Assembly (NCBI GenBank): GCA_965209035.1
Contig: OZ242372.1
Span: forward strand, 512,001-576,000
Direction: 5' to 3'
Source: Gammaproteobacteria bacterium
GTDB lineage: Bacteria > Pseudomonadota > Gammaproteobacteria > CBDBNL01 > JAAOII01
DNA: 64,000 nt
A model generated the notes under the pieces. The model saw only the letters and a list, made by a program, of their open reading frames with translations. It made no database searches and was not told the origin of the DNA. A program made the translations under genes and the position numbers. Below, piece by piece: positions 28,149-40,034 of this stretch. The first letter of the stretch is position 1. Each line of letters begins with the position of its first letter.

Positions 28149-29413
28149 CTTGTCAAAACGGGGTAAAAGTTAATCCCCTCTTTTATATTCAGTTCTACGG
28201 CGGGAGCCGTATAGGCATCGGTACTTGCAAATGAGGTATGTGTTCCGGCGGGAAACGATGTGCGAGATATGTAAAGGGCCGCCGGCAGGCTATCCCAACT
28301 GCGAGTATCCGCAACACTGCCACTTGCTATCCGACCAACAAAAACCAAAGCACTGAAAATAGAATCCTTTTGCTGATTGGCGGCATTTTGGAGCTGTTGC
28401 TGAATCAAAGCCCTTGCCAAGGCGCGCAAAATTAAAATCGGCGTATCCGCGGCCAGGGCATCGCGCATCTTGCGTTGCAAATTTATCAGAAGTTCAAAAG
28501 AAATCCCTGTCTCACCAATCCGAACAAACGGCGGTCCGGCGACAGGCGGTCTATCCGCATATACGGGAATGGAAATTAACAGATCTTGCAAAGCGGCCGG
28601 ATGCCAATGGTAAACACTCAGGGTCTCACGCCGACTGACCTGCCCCGAAGTCCCGATCACCACCAAAGACGCCGCATCCTGTTCCCGTTGCGCCGCAAGC
28701 CCAAGCAGCTTTTCTTGTTCCGCGAGTTCGCGCGTTCTGCCGCCGCGCCATAACAAATTAAGATAACTCTGTTTGAGCGAAGCGGGTGCTTCGCCATTGT
28801 CTGCGTAAGCAAGAAGCGCGCGCCTGTAAGCAACCAGCGCGTCATCGGTTCTGCCCTGACCTTCATAAGATAACGCCAACAAAAAAGGCAGGTAAGGGTA
28901 ATCTTCCGGTTCAAGCCGCCACTCGCGCAGTTGCAGTTCGGCTTGCCGCATTTCTATGCGTGCCTCGTTATATTGCCCCAAGGCAACATAGTTGATATAC
29001 TTATAAATGTAAATCATCACACGCTCAAAGATACTCCCGCTATAACTCTGAACCGCATCATTAATTGCCAATGCGGCCGCCTCCCCGGTCAAACTCAGCG
29101 GTGCCAATTCGTCGCTCAGCTTCTTTGCCTCCTCAAGTAGTCTGTTGCTCTCAATATAGTTACCCTCCAACTGACGCAAAACGGCATAATGCATCTTGAT
29201 CAGCAGCGTGTTTTTATTTTTCTGTGGGATATCCTCCAGTTTTTCTTCGGCCGCTTGCAAATCCCCCTCCGCAAAATGATCGTAATAGGTCGCAAAAGCA
29301 TGAACGGCACAGCTTGTAAGGCCTGTAAGGCCCGCAAATCCCGTAATCCCGCCTAACACCAAAAGAAGCACACCCCCGCACCGTCTCATCCGAAGGCCGG
29401 AAAGAAGGCGCAT
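28145..29413 (-). CDS. COG3014-like TPR lipoprotein
   Basis: Lipobox LTSC; Y.GS.FE.VM...Y..INY, ARIE.R, ADTRSW..LP motifs. Confidence 0.65.
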   Translation of the reverse strand: MRLLSGLRMRRCGGVLLLVLGGITGFAGLTGLTSCAVHAFATYYDHFAEGDLQAAEEKLEDIPQKNKNTLLIKMHYAVLRQLEGNYIESNRLLEEAKKLSDELAPLSLTGEAAALAINDAVQSYSGSIFERVMIYIYKYINYVALGQYNEARIEMRQAELQLREWRLEPEDYPYLPFLLALSYEGQGRTDDALVAYRRALLAYADNGEAPASLKQSYLNLLWRGGRTRELAEQEKLLGLAAQREQDAASLVVIGTSGQVSRRETLSVYHWHPAALQDLLISIPVYADRPPVAGPPFVRIGETGISFELLINLQRKMRDALAADTPILILRALARALIQQQLQNAANQQKDSIFSALVFVGRIASGSVADTRSWDSLPAALYISRTSFPAGTHTSFASTDAYTAPAVELNIKEGINFYPVLTR

Positions 29414-30036
29414 TACAATCTGGACGATGGCTTACGAATGTCTTTTTTAATTTTTTTCTGTCCGATCCAAAGTTTACGGTTTGTCTCTATGTCAATCAAT
29501 TCCATATCAACCTGATAATAGCGCACGCGACGTCTGCCTTCCACATCTTCAATTGTGCTAATCGTTCCAAGGAGCATTACATCCGCTCCAAGTTCGTTAC
29601 CCAGTCTCTTACGAGTCTCCTCGCTGACATACAGATCCTGATTTTCACGCTCTTCGCGCAACAATGACTGTTGATCCGAGCCGGCTACAACATCCAACCG
29701 TGCCGAATTAACCATCGCGGCCTCAATGTCCTTGATGAAAGTTACCGTATTAATATGCTCACTGCTATCGTTACGCACACCGCCGACTATGACAACCGGC
29801 GTCTTGGCAATATCTGCGGAATATCTGGCATACCAGGGGCGAGACAAGACATCCTTGGTAATCTCCTCAGCAACCAAGCGGGAATCAACATCATTCCATT
29901 CGCCGCTCAAATCAATATCCGTATCCACACCGACTCGTTTCACCTGGGTGGAACAGGCAACCAGAGACATCAATGCCAACCACAAAAAGTATTCGGCAAA
30001 CCGTCCAAACTGCATAAGTATTATCTTCTTTTTCAT
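29413..30036 (-). CDS. Penicillin-binding protein activator LpoB-like lipoprotein
   Basis: Lipobox [40 protein letters not shown]. Confidence 0.75.
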   Translation of the reverse strand: MKKKIILMQFGRFAEYFLWLALMSLVACSTQVKRVGVDTDIDLSGEWNDVDSRLVAEEITKDVLSRPWYARYSADIAKTPVVIVGGVRNDSSEHINTVTFIKDIEAAMVNSARLDVVAGSDQQSLLREERENQDLYVSEETRKRLGNELGADVMLLGTISTIEDVEGRRRVRYYQVDMELIDIETNRKLWIGQKKIKKDIRKPSSRL

Positions 30037-30467
30037 TTTTTCTTCTCTTTATTAATTTTATCGGATTTGGCGACAGCACCGGAACTTTCCGACTTCTCCC
30101 GCTTCTTCTCCGCTTTGTCCACTAACTCAATATAAGCCATAGGCGCCTTATCGCCGGCACGATAGCCGGCCTTGATGATGCGCGTATAGCCACCGGGTCT
30201 CTCCAAAGCCCGTACGGCAGCCCCTTCAAAAATCTCTTTCAAAATAATCTTATTATGAAGTTTTGATACCACATGCCGTCGTCTGGACGGACCGTCCTTC
30301 TTCGCATAGGTGACAATCGGCTCCACAAATCGCCTCAATTCCTTGGCCTTGGGCAAGGTCGTCTTAATGCAGCCGTGTTCTATCAAAGAAACAGCGAGGT
30401 TCCGCAACATCGCATTTCGGTGTGCGGAAGTCTTACCAAGTTTACGCCCCTGTTTAAGATGCCGCAT
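30033..30467 (-). CDS. rplQ: 50S ribosomal protein L17
   Basis: MRH...[20 protein letters not shown]. Confidence 0.97.
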   Translation of the reverse strand: MRHLKQGRKLGKTSAHRNAMLRNLAVSLIEHGCIKTTLPKAKELRRFVEPIVTYAKKDGPSRRRHVVSKLHNKIILKEIFEGAAVRALERPGGYTRIIKAGYRAGDKAPMAYIELVDKAEKKREKSESSGAVAKSDKINKEKKK

Positions 30468-31524
30468 CTTCTTCGGGTTGCTCTTGCTCCTCTTTTATTT
30501 CGCGCTTCAAGTGTTTCGGCGGCCAACCGCTGAGTTTCATACCCAATTCCAGGTCCAATTCCACCAAACCATCTTTAATCTCATCCAAACTGCGCTTGCC
30601 AAAACTGGGCTGTTTCATCAGATCCGCTTCGCTATTAATCACCAGATCGCCAAGATACTCTATGTTTGCCCGACGCAAACAATTTGTGGATCTCCCGCCC
30701 AACTCTTTCAGTTTATCTTCCACCTTATCAAAGAATATTTCCGGTATATCTTCCTGACTGGCCTGAGTACTGATAATTTCCTCGCTTTCCAGATCAATCA
30801 TGGGTTTCAATTGCTTGTATAAAAGCGTGGTGCCGCGCCGAATTGCCGCGGTCGGGTCCAGAGTGCCGTCCGTTTCCAACTCAATGATTAACTTATCCAA
30901 ATCCGTCTGTTGTTTGACACGGGCACTTTCCACCTTGTAAGAAACACGTAAAACGGGGGAATAACTTGCATCCAAATGCAAACTATTGGCGGAAACACTT
31001 TCCTCGGCATCCAGTATATCACGCGCCAAACGACTTTCCGCAGTTTCATAACCCGTCCCTTGTCTAATAGTCATTTGCATATCCAATTGCCCGCGCTCAT
31101 TAAGATGGGCGATGACATACCCAGGGTCCACCACTTCCATATTCGGTGGCAAGTTGATATCTCCGGCTGTCACAACACCGGGGCCTTCTTTTTTAAGAGA
31201 AATATCCGCTCGGTCCGCTTTCTTGTCATAAATGATAAAAGCAATGCCCTTCAAGTTTAAGAGTAACGAGAGAACATCCTCCTGCATCCCTTCTATAGTG
31301 TCATATTCGTGTTTCACTCCTTTAATACGCACATCGGTGATTGCGACACCCGCCATAGAAGATAAAAGAATACGCCGCAAGGCATGACCCAGCGTATAGC
31401 CAAACCCGCGCTCCAGCGGCGAGATGACGATTTTGGCGGCATTAACTTTACCGCCCCTTGTGTGTCCTAAGATTTCTACGGTCGGCTTATCAGCCACTAA
31501 AAATTTATTGGGAGAGTTTTGCAT
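30454..31524 (-). CDS. rpoA: RNA polymerase alpha subunit
   Basis: [33 protein letters not shown]. Confidence 0.97.
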   Translation of the reverse strand: MQNSPNKFLVADKPTVEILGHTRGGKVNAAKIVISPLERGFGYTLGHALRRILLSSMAGVAITDVRIKGVKHEYDTIEGMQEDVLSLLLNLKGIAFIIYDKKADRADISLKKEGPGVVTAGDINLPPNMEVVDPGYVIAHLNERGQLDMQMTIRQGTGYETAESRLARDILDAEESVSANSLHLDASYSPVLRVSYKVESARVKQQTDLDKLIIELETDGTLDPTAAIRRGTTLLYKQLKPMIDLESEEIISTQASQEDIPEIFFDKVEDKLKELGGRSTNCLRRANIEYLGDLVINSEADLMKQPSFGKRSLDEIKDGLVELDLELGMKLSGWPPKHLKREIKEEQEQPEEDAAS

Positions 31525-31530
31525 AACAGA

Positions 31531-32151
31531 TTATTTGGAATAAAGTTCAACTATAAGATTTTCATTAATAAGAGAAGATATTTCTTCCCGTTTCGGCAAT
31601 GACACAAAAACACCTTCCTGTTCATCCTGATTAATTAATAACCACGAAGGTTGTTCCAGTTGCTTGGCAATCTCCAACGCAACCTTGACCCGTTCTTGCT
31701 GTGCCGCCTTTGCGGAAAGTTTAATTTTATCGCCCGGCTTTACCTCATATGAAGGAATATTAACTTGTTTTTCATTAACTACCAGTCCCTTGTGAGAAAT
31801 AAGTTGACGTGCCTCGTTACGTGTGACAGCAAAACCCATACGATAAATCACATTGTCCAAGCGCGTTTCCAGCAGATGTATCAGATTCAAGCCAGTTGCC
31901 CCTTTCCGACGCGATGCCTTTTTATAATAATTGCGAAACTGACGCTCTAACAAACAATACATTCTTTTCACCTTCTGCTTCTCGCGCAATTGAAAATAAT
32001 AATCCGAACGACGGACGCGCTGCTGCTGTTGCTGACCGGGCGGGTTGCTTAGATTACACTTGGTGTCTAACGGACGAACGCCGCTCTTGTGTTCCAAATC
32101 AACCGACTCGCGCCGTGACAACTTACACTTTGGTCCCAGATATCGCGCCAT
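31531..32151 (-). CDS. rpsD: 30S ribosomal protein S4
   Basis: [29 protein letters not shown]. Confidence 0.97.
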   Translation of the reverse strand: MARYLGPKCKLSRRESVDLEHKSGVRPLDTKCNLSNPPGQQQQQRVRRSDYYFQLREKQKVKRMYCLLERQFRNYYKKASRRKGATGLNLIHLLETRLDNVIYRMGFAVTRNEARQLISHKGLVVNEKQVNIPSYEVKPGDKIKLSAKAAQQERVKVALEIAKQLEQPSWLLINQDEQEGVFVSLPKREEISSLINENLIVELYSK

Positions 32152-32552
32152 TATGGTCTCCTTCTTTTGGGCGGACGACAACCGTTATGCGGTATGGGCG
32201 TCACATCCGATATTTTACTAATATGAACTCCCAGCAAGTTAATTGCCCGGATTGCGGAATCGCGGCCGGGGCCGGGACCCTTGACCCGAACTTCCGCCCG
32301 AGAAAATCCCATTTCCATCACTTCTTTAATAACCTTCTCACAAGCCGTTTGTGCGGCAAATGGGGTGCTCTTACGCGCACCGCGAAAACCCGAACCGCCT
32401 GCGGTAGCCCAGGCATAGGTATTACCCTGCATATCGGTCACCGTAATAATCGTATTATTAAAGGAAGTATGAATATTGATGATTCCTTCCGTCAATACTT
32501 TCTTTTTCTTACTCTTGGCGGATGCCCTTTTTTTTGATTTTTGTTCTGCCAT
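32151..32552 (-). CDS. rpsK: 30S ribosomal protein S11
   Basis: [21 protein letters not shown]. Confidence 0.97.
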   Translation of the reverse strand: MAEQKSKKRASAKSKKKKVLTEGIINIHTSFNNTIITVTDMQGNTYAWATAGGSGFRGARKSTPFAAQTACEKVIKEVMEMGFSRAEVRVKGPGPGRDSAIRAINLLGVHISKISDVTPIPHNGCRPPKRRRP

Positions 32553-32560
32553 TTTTCTGT

Positions 32561-32917
32561 TTATCTCTTAATCAGTTTTACCGGTCCCTTGCGCGTTCGG
32601 GCATTGGTTTTCGTTCTCTGGCCTCTGACCGGAAGATGAAACCTGTGCCGCAAACCGCGATAGGCTCCCATGTCTATCAATCGCTTAATACTCATAGAAT
32701 TCTGCCGCCTGAGATCTCCTTCGGTCGTATACTTGCGAATCTCAGTGCGCAGTTTACCCAAAGTATCTTCACTTAAGGTCTTCAAACGCACGGACGGACT
32801 AACACCGCATGCCTCACAAACCTTAAATGCGGTGGTCTTGCCGATCCCGTAAATGTGGGTCAGCGAAATCACCGTATGCTTGTTATCGGGAATATTGACC
32901 CCCGCTATCCGTGCCAT
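32561..32917 (-). CDS. rpsM: 30S ribosomal protein S13
   Basis: [24 protein letters not shown]. Confidence 0.97.
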   Translation of the reverse strand: MARIAGVNIPDNKHTVISLTHIYGIGKTTAFKVCEACGVSPSVRLKTLSEDTLGKLRTEIRKYTTEGDLRRQNSMSIKRLIDMGAYRGLRHRFHLPVRGQRTKTNARTRKGPVKLIKR

Positions 32918-32924
32918 CCGCCGA

Positions 32925-33041
32925 CTATCCTTGTCTTTGCTTTAATCTCGGCTGACGCTTACAGATCACCCGCAACACTCTTTTGCGACGCACTATTTTA
33001 CAGTCGCGATTAATTTTTTTGATACTTGAACGAACTTTCAT
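32925..33041 (-). CDS. rpmJ: 50S ribosomal protein L36 (below ORF-track cutoff)
   Basis: Hand translation [38 protein letters not shown], between secY and rpsM. Confidence 0.95.
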   Translation of the reverse strand: MKVRSSIKKINRDCKIVRRKRVLRVICKRQPRLKQRQG

Positions 33042-33042
33042 A

Positions 33043-34371
33043 TTATCTGGCTACTCTGCCTCTGGTTCTGTTCAATCCCGCCTTTTTTAGAACCGAACTA
33101 TATTGACTTGACATTAAATGAGATTGAATCTGAGAAATAAAATCCATAACCACCACCACAACGATTAGGATAGATGTGCCCGCAAAGAAAAAGGGAATAT
33201 TCATACCGACAAGGATCATTTGTGGCAAAAGAGAAACGGCCGTAATATACAAACTGCCAAACACCGTCAAACGGGTTAAAACATTGTCAATATAATCCGC
33301 CGTATGAGTGCCGGGACGAATACCCGGGATCAGGGCGCCGGATCTCTGCAAGTTGTTTGCAACATCACGCGGATTGAATACCAATGCCGTATAAAAGAAA
33401 CAAAAGAAGATCACCGCTGCGGCAAAAATAAAATTGTAAAGCGGTTGGCCGGGTGCCAACAAAAGCGAGATGTCTTGCAACCAACCCAACCCGTCTCCTC
33501 CCTGGCCCACCCATTGCCCCAGAGTGGCGGGAAACAAAAGAAGACTGGAAGCAAAAATCGGAGGAATGACACCCGCCACATTCACCTTAAGCGGTAAATG
33601 AGAATACTGGCGCGCATAGATCCCGCCCTGGGTCATACGATTTGCATAGTTTATCGTAATGCGTCTCTGCCCTCTTTCAATAAAGATGACAAACATCACA
33701 GTCAAAAAGACAAAAATCACAAACCCCAACCCGATCAGAATACTAATATCACCCTGACGCATCAGGTCCGCCGATTGCCCCACCAACGAAGGAATTCCGG
33801 ACACAATACTCGCGAAAATAAGCAAGGAGATGCCGTTACCGATCCCTCTTTCATTAATCTGTTCTCCCAGCCACATTAAAAACACCGAACCCGCAACAAA
33901 ACTGATGGTAGATATCAGGTAAAAAGAAACATTCGGGTCAATGGCGATCTCCTGATTTGCCAAGGCCGCCGCAATGCCAAACCCCTGAACCGTGGAAATG
34001 CCCACCGTGAGATAACGCGTATACTGATTGATTTTTCGCCTCCCGCTCTCCCCTTCTTTGCGCAGTTGCTCCAAAGTCGGCACAACCGCCGACATCAACT
34101 GCATAATAATGGCAGCGGAAATATAGGGCATAATACCCAGGGCAAAAATACTCATCCGTTCAAGTGCCCCGCCCGAGAACACATTGAACAAACTCAGAAT
34201 CGTTCCCTGATTATAGTTAAAAATCTCCGCCAACCGAATCGGGTTAATCCCCGGCAACGGAATGTGAGCCCCCATGCGATAGACGACCAGAACTCCGAAA
34301 ACGAACAACAGGCGACGGAACAATTCGCCCATTGACGATTGCATCGGCTGATTTCTTTTATTTGTCGCCAT
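33043..34371 (-). CDS. secY: Preprotein translocase SecY
   Basis: [37 protein letters not shown]. Confidence 0.97.
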   Translation of the reverse strand: MATNKRNQPMQSSMGELFRRLLFVFGVLVVYRMGAHIPLPGINPIRLAEIFNYNQGTILSLFNVFSGGALERMSIFALGIMPYISAAIIMQLMSAVVPTLEQLRKEGESGRRKINQYTRYLTVGISTVQGFGIAAALANQEIAIDPNVSFYLISTISFVAGSVFLMWLGEQINERGIGNGISLLIFASIVSGIPSLVGQSADLMRQGDISILIGLGFVIFVFLTVMFVIFIERGQRRITINYANRMTQGGIYARQYSHLPLKVNVAGVIPPIFASSLLLFPATLGQWVGQGGDGLGWLQDISLLLAPGQPLYNFIFAAAVIFFCFFYTALVFNPRDVANNLQRSGALIPGIRPGTHTADYIDNVLTRLTVFGSLYITAVSLLPQMILVGMNIPFFFAGTSILIVVVVVMDFISQIQSHLMSSQYSSVLKKAGLNRTRGRVAR

Positions 34372-35086
34372 CTTCTTTCTTGGAATTCATGATGTCAGTA
34401 GTGTCGGTAGCATCGGGTTTCACCTCTGCTTCCGGGGATTCGGATACTTTCGGGGCTGCCCCTTCTGTCTTAACATCCGCGGCAACATCTTCTCCGGTCG
34501 TCTTTTTCTTTGCCACAACTTCTGTCTTACCCGCCGGCTTGGCGGCCTGCTCAGTTGCCGCGGTTTTCTTTGCGGGAGATGCGGCATCCGCAGAGTGCTC
34601 TTTCCTTTTCTTTTTTTCCTTTACATCCGCAGCCGTACCGGTAAGAAGGATCTTGCCCTTTTGGGAAACGATCGCCGCACTCGCACCTTTGGTAACCTTG
34701 ATGTTCACATCGTCCAACACCACACTTTTGGTAAGTTCCCCCGAAAGAAAAATTCTGACACGCTTGATGTTCTTGCGCACGATACCGGCATCCTTAAGTG
34801 CTTGCAGATTCACGGTATCTTTTTCCAACAGATTCAACTCGCCCAGACGCACCGAAGCATCGGTGGACGCTGTCGGCGAAGTAAATCCGAATTTCGGCAA
34901 CCTTCTTTGCAACGGCATTTGACCGCCTTCAAACCCTTTCATAGAAGTGGACACCCCGGAACGGCTTTTTTGTCCCTTGTGTCCTCTGCCGCAGGTCTTG
35001 CCCTTACCGCTGCCAATCCCTCTGCCAACACGCATTCTCTTCTTGCGGGAGCCTTCGGCGGGTACTATCGTATTCAAAAATAACAT
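34358..35086 (-). CDS. rplO: 50S ribosomal protein L15 with ~95-aa C-terminal extension
   Basis: [33 protein letters not shown]. Confidence 0.95.
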   Translation of the reverse strand: MLFLNTIVPAEGSRKKRMRVGRGIGSGKGKTCGRGHKGQKSRSGVSTSMKGFEGGQMPLQRRLPKFGFTSPTASTDASVRLGELNLLEKDTVNLQALKDAGIVRKNIKRVRIFLSGELTKSVVLDDVNIKVTKGASAAIVSQKGKILLTGTAADVKEKKKRKEHSADAASPAKKTAATEQAAKPAGKTEVVAKKKTTGEDVAADVKTEGAAPKVSESPEAEVKPDATDTTDIMNSKKEDGDK

Positions 35087-35268
35087 TACTCGCAGACCTT
35101 CACCATATAATTCACCTTCGCGATCATCCCGCGCACCGACGGTGTATCCTCCACTTCCGTTTCTTGCCCTATCTTACTTAGACCCAAACCATAAACACAC
35201 TTCTTGTGTTTTGGCAAGCGACCTATCAGACTTTTCACCAACTTAACCTTAACGACAGGTTTCTTCAT
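35086..35268 (-). CDS. rpmD: 50S ribosomal protein L30
   Basis: KSLIGR, LGL.KI, RGMI.KV. Confidence 0.95.
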   Translation of the reverse strand: MKKPVVKVKLVKSLIGRLPKHKKCVYGLGLSKIGQETEVEDTPSVRGMIAKVNYMVKVCE

Positions 35269-35288
35269 TATTTATTTATCCCTTTTAC

Positions 35289-35813
35289 TTATTGCTGCTT
35301 ATCCGCCTGCGGGGGTTTTTCCCGATGCTTTCTGCCGTGGCGTTTGCGATAAACATCCCGGGGCGAAAGCATCTCCCGCAATCCCTTGAATGTCGCATGA
35401 ACAATGTTAACCGGATTGGTTGAACCATAACTCTTTGCCAGAACATTACGAACTCCCGCCAATTCAAGAACAGCCCGCATGGCACCGCCGGCAATCAAAC
35501 CGGTTCCCTCTGCGGCAGGTTGCATATAAACCCGGGACGCGCCGTGTCTCGCTTTGATGGGATACTGCAGTGTGGCACCTTTGGGCGCTATCTTCACTTC
35601 TATCATATTGCGTCTGGCCGCGTCCAAAGACTTCTGCATCGCAACCGGCACCTCGCGCGCCTTGCCACGCCCAAACCCCACCTTGCCGTTGCCGTCGCCG
35701 ACTACAGTGAGCGCACTAAATCGCAGGATACGACCGCCCTTCACCACCTTGGTGACGCGACGAATATCTACCTGTTTTTCTTGCAGAGCCGAAGACTCTT
35801 CAAATGATGCCAT
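35289..35813 (-). CDS. rpsE: 30S ribosomal protein S5
   Basis: [23 protein letters not shown]. Confidence 0.97.
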   Translation of the reverse strand: MASFEESSALQEKQVDIRRVTKVVKGGRILRFSALTVVGDGNGKVGFGRGKAREVPVAMQKSLDAARRNMIEVKIAPKGATLQYPIKARHGASRVYMQPAAEGTGLIAGGAMRAVLELAGVRNVLAKSYGSTNPVNIVHATFKGLREMLSPRDVYRKRHGRKHREKPPQADKQQ

Positions 35814-35943
35814 GATTTTCTTTACTTTACTTTTCTTTGTTAATTAATGTTAATGGTGAGCTGCCGAAATAGGGCAAAATGAACACATTTCGTTTTCTAT
35901 TATAGGGTACACAAGAATCCAAATTCCCAATAAGTCTTATCTG

Positions 35944-36297
35944 TTAAAACTTCAATCCGTTTTCGCGGGCAGATTCGGCAAGTGCCTTAACACAACCGTG
36001 ATACTTAAAACCCGAACGGTCAAATCCCACCGTCTCTATCTTTTTCTTGATCGTTCGCACCGCTATCAAACTGCCCACTATTTTGGCGCCTTCCAGACCT
36101 TTATGCGTTTTTTTGGCACGCAGCTCTTTTTCCACGGTAGAAGCGGATGCCAAAATCTTGCCGCCATCCGCGGTGATCACCTGAGCATAAATGTGCTTAC
36201 CGGAGCGAAACACACTCAAACGCGGCAACTTGCATTCACGCAACAACATCCGGCCGCGCTTCGCCCGTCTGAGTCGGTTATTTTTTTTGATACTCAT
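35944..36297 (-). CDS. rplR: 50S ribosomal protein L18
   Basis: [23 protein letters not shown]. Confidence 0.96.
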   Translation of the reverse strand: MSIKKNNRLRRAKRGRMLLRECKLPRLSVFRSGKHIYAQVITADGGKILASASTVEKELRAKKTHKGLEGAKIVGSLIAVRTIKKKIETVGFDRSGFKYHGCVKALAESARENGLKF

Positions 36298-36302
36298 CGG
36301 AA

Positions 36303-36842
36303 TTATTTCTTCTTCTTGGCTTCTTTCAAAATAATCTCTTCGTCCGCATATCGGACACCCTTGCCTTTGTAAGGATCCGGCCGTCTCAGGCTGCGTATTT
36401 CCGCCGCAATCTGCCCCACCCGTTGCTTATCGATACCGGACACTGTGAGTTTGGTCTGATCCTCCGGTTTTGCCTGCACATCCGCGGGCATCTTGTATAT
36501 GATAGGGTTTGAATAACCCAGCGATAATTTAAGGTCTTTCCCTTGCTGTTCCACCCGATAACCGACCCCGCGCAGTTCCAAATTCTTGGAAAAGCCATCG
36601 GTCACCCCGACAAACATATTTTGCGTTAATCTGTGCAGTGTTCCCGCCATGGCACGCGACTGTTTGTTCTCGCTATCCGTGGGAACGAAAAACAGAGCAT
36701 CTTCTTCCTGCCGACATGTCACCAACGGATGCATTCTTAAAGATGCCTCGCCTTTGGATCCTTTTACACGAAGTTGATTTTCTTTCAAACTCCATTCCAC
36801 GGACTGCGGAATCTTTACGGGAATTTTAGCAAATCTTGTCAT
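36303..36842 (-). CDS. rplF: 50S ribosomal protein L6
   Basis: [16 protein letters not shown]. Confidence 0.96.
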   Translation of the reverse strand: MTRFAKIPVKIPQSVEWSLKENQLRVKGSKGEASLRMHPLVTCRQEEDALFFVPTDSENKQSRAMAGTLHRLTQNMFVGVTDGFSKNLELRGVGYRVEQQGKDLKLSLGYSNPIIYKMPADVQAKPEDQTKLTVSGIDKQRVGQIAAEIRSLRRPDPYKGKGVRYADEEIILKEAKKKK

Positions 36843-36851
36843 TTGGAATAT

Positions 36852-37247
36852 TTAGAATACGGAGCACAAAAGTTCGCCGCCGACTTTCAGTTTACGCGCT
36901 TCTTGACCGGTGATCACTCCGCCGGAAGTGGACAGAATACATACCCCAAGCCCCGAACGAATCTGCGGGATTTCGTCAAACTTGCAATAGGAGCGCAATC
37001 CGGGACGACTAATGCGTTTAATTTCGGCGATGACCGGCTTATCTTTGTAATACTTCAGCCCGATCTTCAATACCGGAAAGCGTTCATCACGCATCACCTC
37101 ATAACTCTTGATATAGCCCTCGTCTTGTAAAATTTTTGCCACGCTCTCCTTAAGACCGGAGGACGGCATTTCCACCCAAGATTTACGCACCATCAGAGAA
37201 TTTCTGATGCGTGTCAGCATATCGCTCAAAGGATCTTGCATACTCAT
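36852..37247 (-). CDS. rpsH: 30S ribosomal protein S8
   Basis: MSMQDP..DMLTRIRN, SRPGLR.Y, GGE; start moved to 37247. Confidence 0.96.
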   Translation of the reverse strand: MSMQDPLSDMLTRIRNSLMVRKSWVEMPSSGLKESVAKILQDEGYIKSYEVMRDERFPVLKIGLKYYKDKPVIAEIKRISRPGLRSYCKFDEIPQIRSGLGVCILSTSGGVITGQEARKLKVGGELLCSVF

Positions 37248-37251
37248 TTTT

Positions 37252-37557
37252 CTACCAACTTGCTTTTTTGATACCGGGTATCTCGCCGCGCATTGCCAGC
37301 TCACGCAACTTGTTGCGTCCCAGACCAAACTTTCTATAAACTCCCCGCGGTCGCCCGGTGAGATAACAACGCAGACGCAACCGCACCTTGCTGGAATTGC
37401 GCGGTAATTGTTGCAGTTTCAACTGCGCGTCCCAACGCTCCTTCTCATCAAGTTTCGGATCTATCACAAGTGCCTTAAGTTCCTTGCGCTTGGCGGCATA
37501 AAATTCCACCAACCGTTGTCTCTTGTGTTCGCGCGCGATAACAGATTTCTTTGCCAT
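37252..37557 (-). CDS. rpsN: 30S ribosomal protein S14 (long form)
   Basis: MAKKS, LPRNSS, TGRPRG..RKFGL.R, KASW. Confidence 0.96.
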   Translation of the reverse strand: MAKKSVIAREHKRQRLVEFYAAKRKELKALVIDPKLDEKERWDAQLKLQQLPRNSSKVRLRLRCYLTGRPRGVYRKFGLGRNKLRELAMRGEIPGIKKASW

Positions 37558-37568
37558 AATTTGTAATT

Positions 37569-38108
37569 TTAAGAACGAAACGGAAATCCCAAAGATTTCA
37601 ATAACATTAAACTTTCCTCGTCATTGCCTCCCGTAGTCGTCACCGTAATATCCAGCCCCCGTAACTTGTCTATTTTCTCATAATTGATTTCCGGGAAAAC
37701 AATCTGCTCCGTAATGCCCATGGAAAAATCTCCGTGACCATTAAAAGCCTTCGGATTAAGCCCGCGAAAGTCACGCACCCGCGGCAAATCAATATAAACC
37801 AACTTATCCAAAAAGTGCCACATCCGCTTTTTACGCAGGGTCACCTTGCAACCAATCGGCCAACCCGCCCGAATCTTAAACCCGGCGATAGACTTACGGG
37901 CTTTGGTCACCGCCGGCTTCTGCCCGCTGATCAAACGCAAGTCATCCATGGCCTTATCAAGGACGGACTTATCCGCAACCGCCTCGCCAACTCCCATGTT
38001 CAAGACCACCTTTTCTACGCGTGGCACGCGCATCGGGCTCTTAAAAGAATAATGCTTCATCATCTGCGGCACAGATTCCTTTTTATATTTCTCCAGTAAA
38101 AGCGACAT
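37569..38108 (-). CDS. rplE: 50S ribosomal protein L5
   Basis: [24 protein letters not shown]. Confidence 0.97.
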   Translation of the reverse strand: MSLLLEKYKKESVPQMMKHYSFKSPMRVPRVEKVVLNMGVGEAVADKSVLDKAMDDLRLISGQKPAVTKARKSIAGFKIRAGWPIGCKVTLRKKRMWHFLDKLVYIDLPRVRDFRGLNPKAFNGHGDFSMGITEQIVFPEINYEKIDKLRGLDITVTTTGGNDEESLMLLKSLGFPFRS

Positions 38109-38113
38109 CTTTG

Positions 38114-39058
38114 TTATGATACCTTAATTTTATGTAACTCGTTTTTAATTCTATCTTTGGTGACGGCGACCGCATCCTTGTTCTCGTCTATGAGAATGCA
38201 TTTGCGCTGATGACTGAGGGCCGCGATGCCCGCGGTGCCACTGCCGGCAAAAAAATCCAACACCTTATCACCCGGGTTGGAATGAATCCGAACAATTCTG
38301 TCCAAAATCGCAAGCGGTTTCTGTGTCGGATAGTCCGTCCGCTCCTTGCCGTTGGTTGGCACAATGGTTTGCCACCAAACATCCGTGGGTGTCTTACCCT
38401 GTTCGGCTTTTTTCTCACCCACCAGACCGGGTGCCATGTAAGGGATACGGTCCATCGCCGCATAATTGAAAGTATACTTCTCTTTGTCTTTCGCATACCA
38501 AAGAATATTGTCGTGCTTGGTCGACCATTTTGTCCGGGATCTCGCGCCAAAATCATACACCCAGATGATTTCGTTAACAAAATTATCTCTGCCAAAAATA
38601 CGATCCAGCAGAACCTTGCAGTAATGCGCCTCGCGATAATCAATATGCAAAAAGAAACTGCCGTCATCCGCCAACAGACGATGTGCCTGTTGCAAGCGCG
38701 GCTCCATAAATGCAATGAAATCGTCAAACTTATCTCCGTAAGAGAGAGCGGACAAATGTTCTGTCTTGTACGACTTACCGCCAAAACCAAGGCGCTTGCC
38801 GTTCGGGTCCGCCTCTGTCTTAATTCTCTTGTATGTTTGCGCTTTTTGCGTATTAAACGGCGGGTCTATGTAAATCAGGTTTGCCACACCGTCCGGCAGC
38901 AGCGGCAATATGTCCAGGTTATCACCGCAGAACAACTCACAATCCGGATGAGAAACCTCAACCCGAAATTTGTCTGTGTTGGTCTCGGGCATGTCCGCAC
39001 GGAACGAAACCTTGCGAGCCGCCCCGTTTTGGTCGGGCAGGTTGGTCATCTCGGTCAT
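38114..39058 (-). CDS. Orphan N6-adenine/N4-cytosine DNA methyltransferase (beta class)
   Basis: Motif [11 protein letters not shown] precedes YPTQKP and motif [11 protein letters not shown]; start moved to ATG 39058, 19 nt after the rplX stop. Confidence 0.9.
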   Translation of the reverse strand: MTEMTNLPDQNGAARKVSFRADMPETNTDKFRVEVSHPDCELFCGDNLDILPLLPDGVANLIYIDPPFNTQKAQTYKRIKTEADPNGKRLGFGGKSYKTEHLSALSYGDKFDDFIAFMEPRLQQAHRLLADDGSFFLHIDYREAHYCKVLLDRIFGRDNFVNEIIWVYDFGARSRTKWSTKHDNILWYAKDKEKYTFNYAAMDRIPYMAPGLVGEKKAEQGKTPTDVWWQTIVPTNGKERTDYPTQKPLAILDRIVRIHSNPGDKVLDFFAGSGTAGIAALSHQRKCILIDENKDAVAVTKDRIKNELHKIKVS

Positions 39059-39077
39059 TATTTCGGCTGTTTGCAAC

Positions 39078-39386
39078 TTACAACTCCTTATTGCTTGATT
39101 TAAAAAACCTGACCTTCTTGCCCTTGTCATCTTTTTTATAAGAAATCTTTTCCACCTTATTGGTCTCCGGATTCACCGGCACCACGTTGGATATATGCAA
39201 TGACAGATGTTTGGTGATAATTCCGCCGGGCTTGTTCGCATTGGGATTCCCGCGCTGATGTTTCTTGTAAGCATTCAGACTGCGAAGCATCACCCTGTCG
39301 CCAATAATTTTTTCAACCACATCGGTCTTCTTCTTATCCTTGCCGGTAAGAATCATGACCCTGTCATTGCGTTTAATTCTTCTCAT
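39078..39386 (-). CDS. rplX: 50S ribosomal protein L24
   Basis: IK.ND.V.IL.GKDK, KKH, GGII, HISNV. Confidence 0.93.
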   Translation of the reverse strand: MRRIKRNDRVMILTGKDKKKTDVVEKIIGDRVMLRSLNAYKKHQRGNPNANKPGGIITKHLSLHISNVVPVNPETNKVEKISYKKDDKGKKVRFFKSSNKEL

Positions 39387-39400
39387 CTTGCTATAAACTT

Positions 39401-39769
39401 CTAAAGAACTTCCGGTGCCAGTGAAACGATACGCATAAAATTGCTGACCCTCAGTTCGCGCGTCACCGGACCAAAGATACGCGTACCAATCGGGGCACGC
39501 TGCTGATTAAGCAGAACGCAAGCATTATCGTCAAAACTAATCAAAGCCCCGTCCGAGCGTCGCACTCCCTTCTTGGTTCTGACGACCACCGCAAAAAAGA
39601 CCTCTCCTTTCTTAACGCGTCCGCGCGGAATGGCATCTTTAACAGTCACCTTAATAACATCGCCGACGGAAGCATACCTTCTTTTGGAACCGCCCAGCAC
39701 CTTGATGCAGAGAACTCTGCGGGCACCGCTGTTGTCCGCCACATTGATCATTGTCTCGGTTTGAATCAT
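39401..39769 (-). CDS. rplN: 50S ribosomal protein L14
   Basis: [32 protein letters not shown]. Confidence 0.97.
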   Translation of the reverse strand: MIQTETMINVADNSGARRVLCIKVLGGSKRRYASVGDVIKVTVKDAIPRGRVKKGEVFFAVVVRTKKGVRRSDGALISFDDNACVLLNQQRAPIGTRIFGPVTRELRVSNFMRIVSLAPEVL

Positions 39770-39771
39770 CG

Positions 39772-40023
39772 TTACTTTTCGTTAATATGAACAATCTCAA
39801 AAAACTTTGTTTTGGCAATCGGCCTGGTCTCGCCGATGCTCACTCGATCGCCCGTCTTGGCTTTGTTTTCCGGGTCATGAGCATGAATCTTTGTGGAGCG
39901 TTTAATGTACTTCCCATAAAGAGGATGCTTAACCTTTCGGGTAATTGAAACAGTCACGGTCTTATCCATCTTGTCACTCACCACTACGCCCGTAAGGACT
40001 CTTCTATTCGGTTTGTCTGTCAT
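39772..40023 (-). CDS. rpsQ: 30S ribosomal protein S17
   Basis: [24 protein letters not shown]. Confidence 0.96.
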   Translation of the reverse strand: MTDKPNRRVLTGVVVSDKMDKTVTVSITRKVKHPLYGKYIKRSTKIHAHDPENKAKTGDRVSIGETRPIAKTKFFEIVHINEK

Positions 40024-40034
40024 TATTTACTTGT

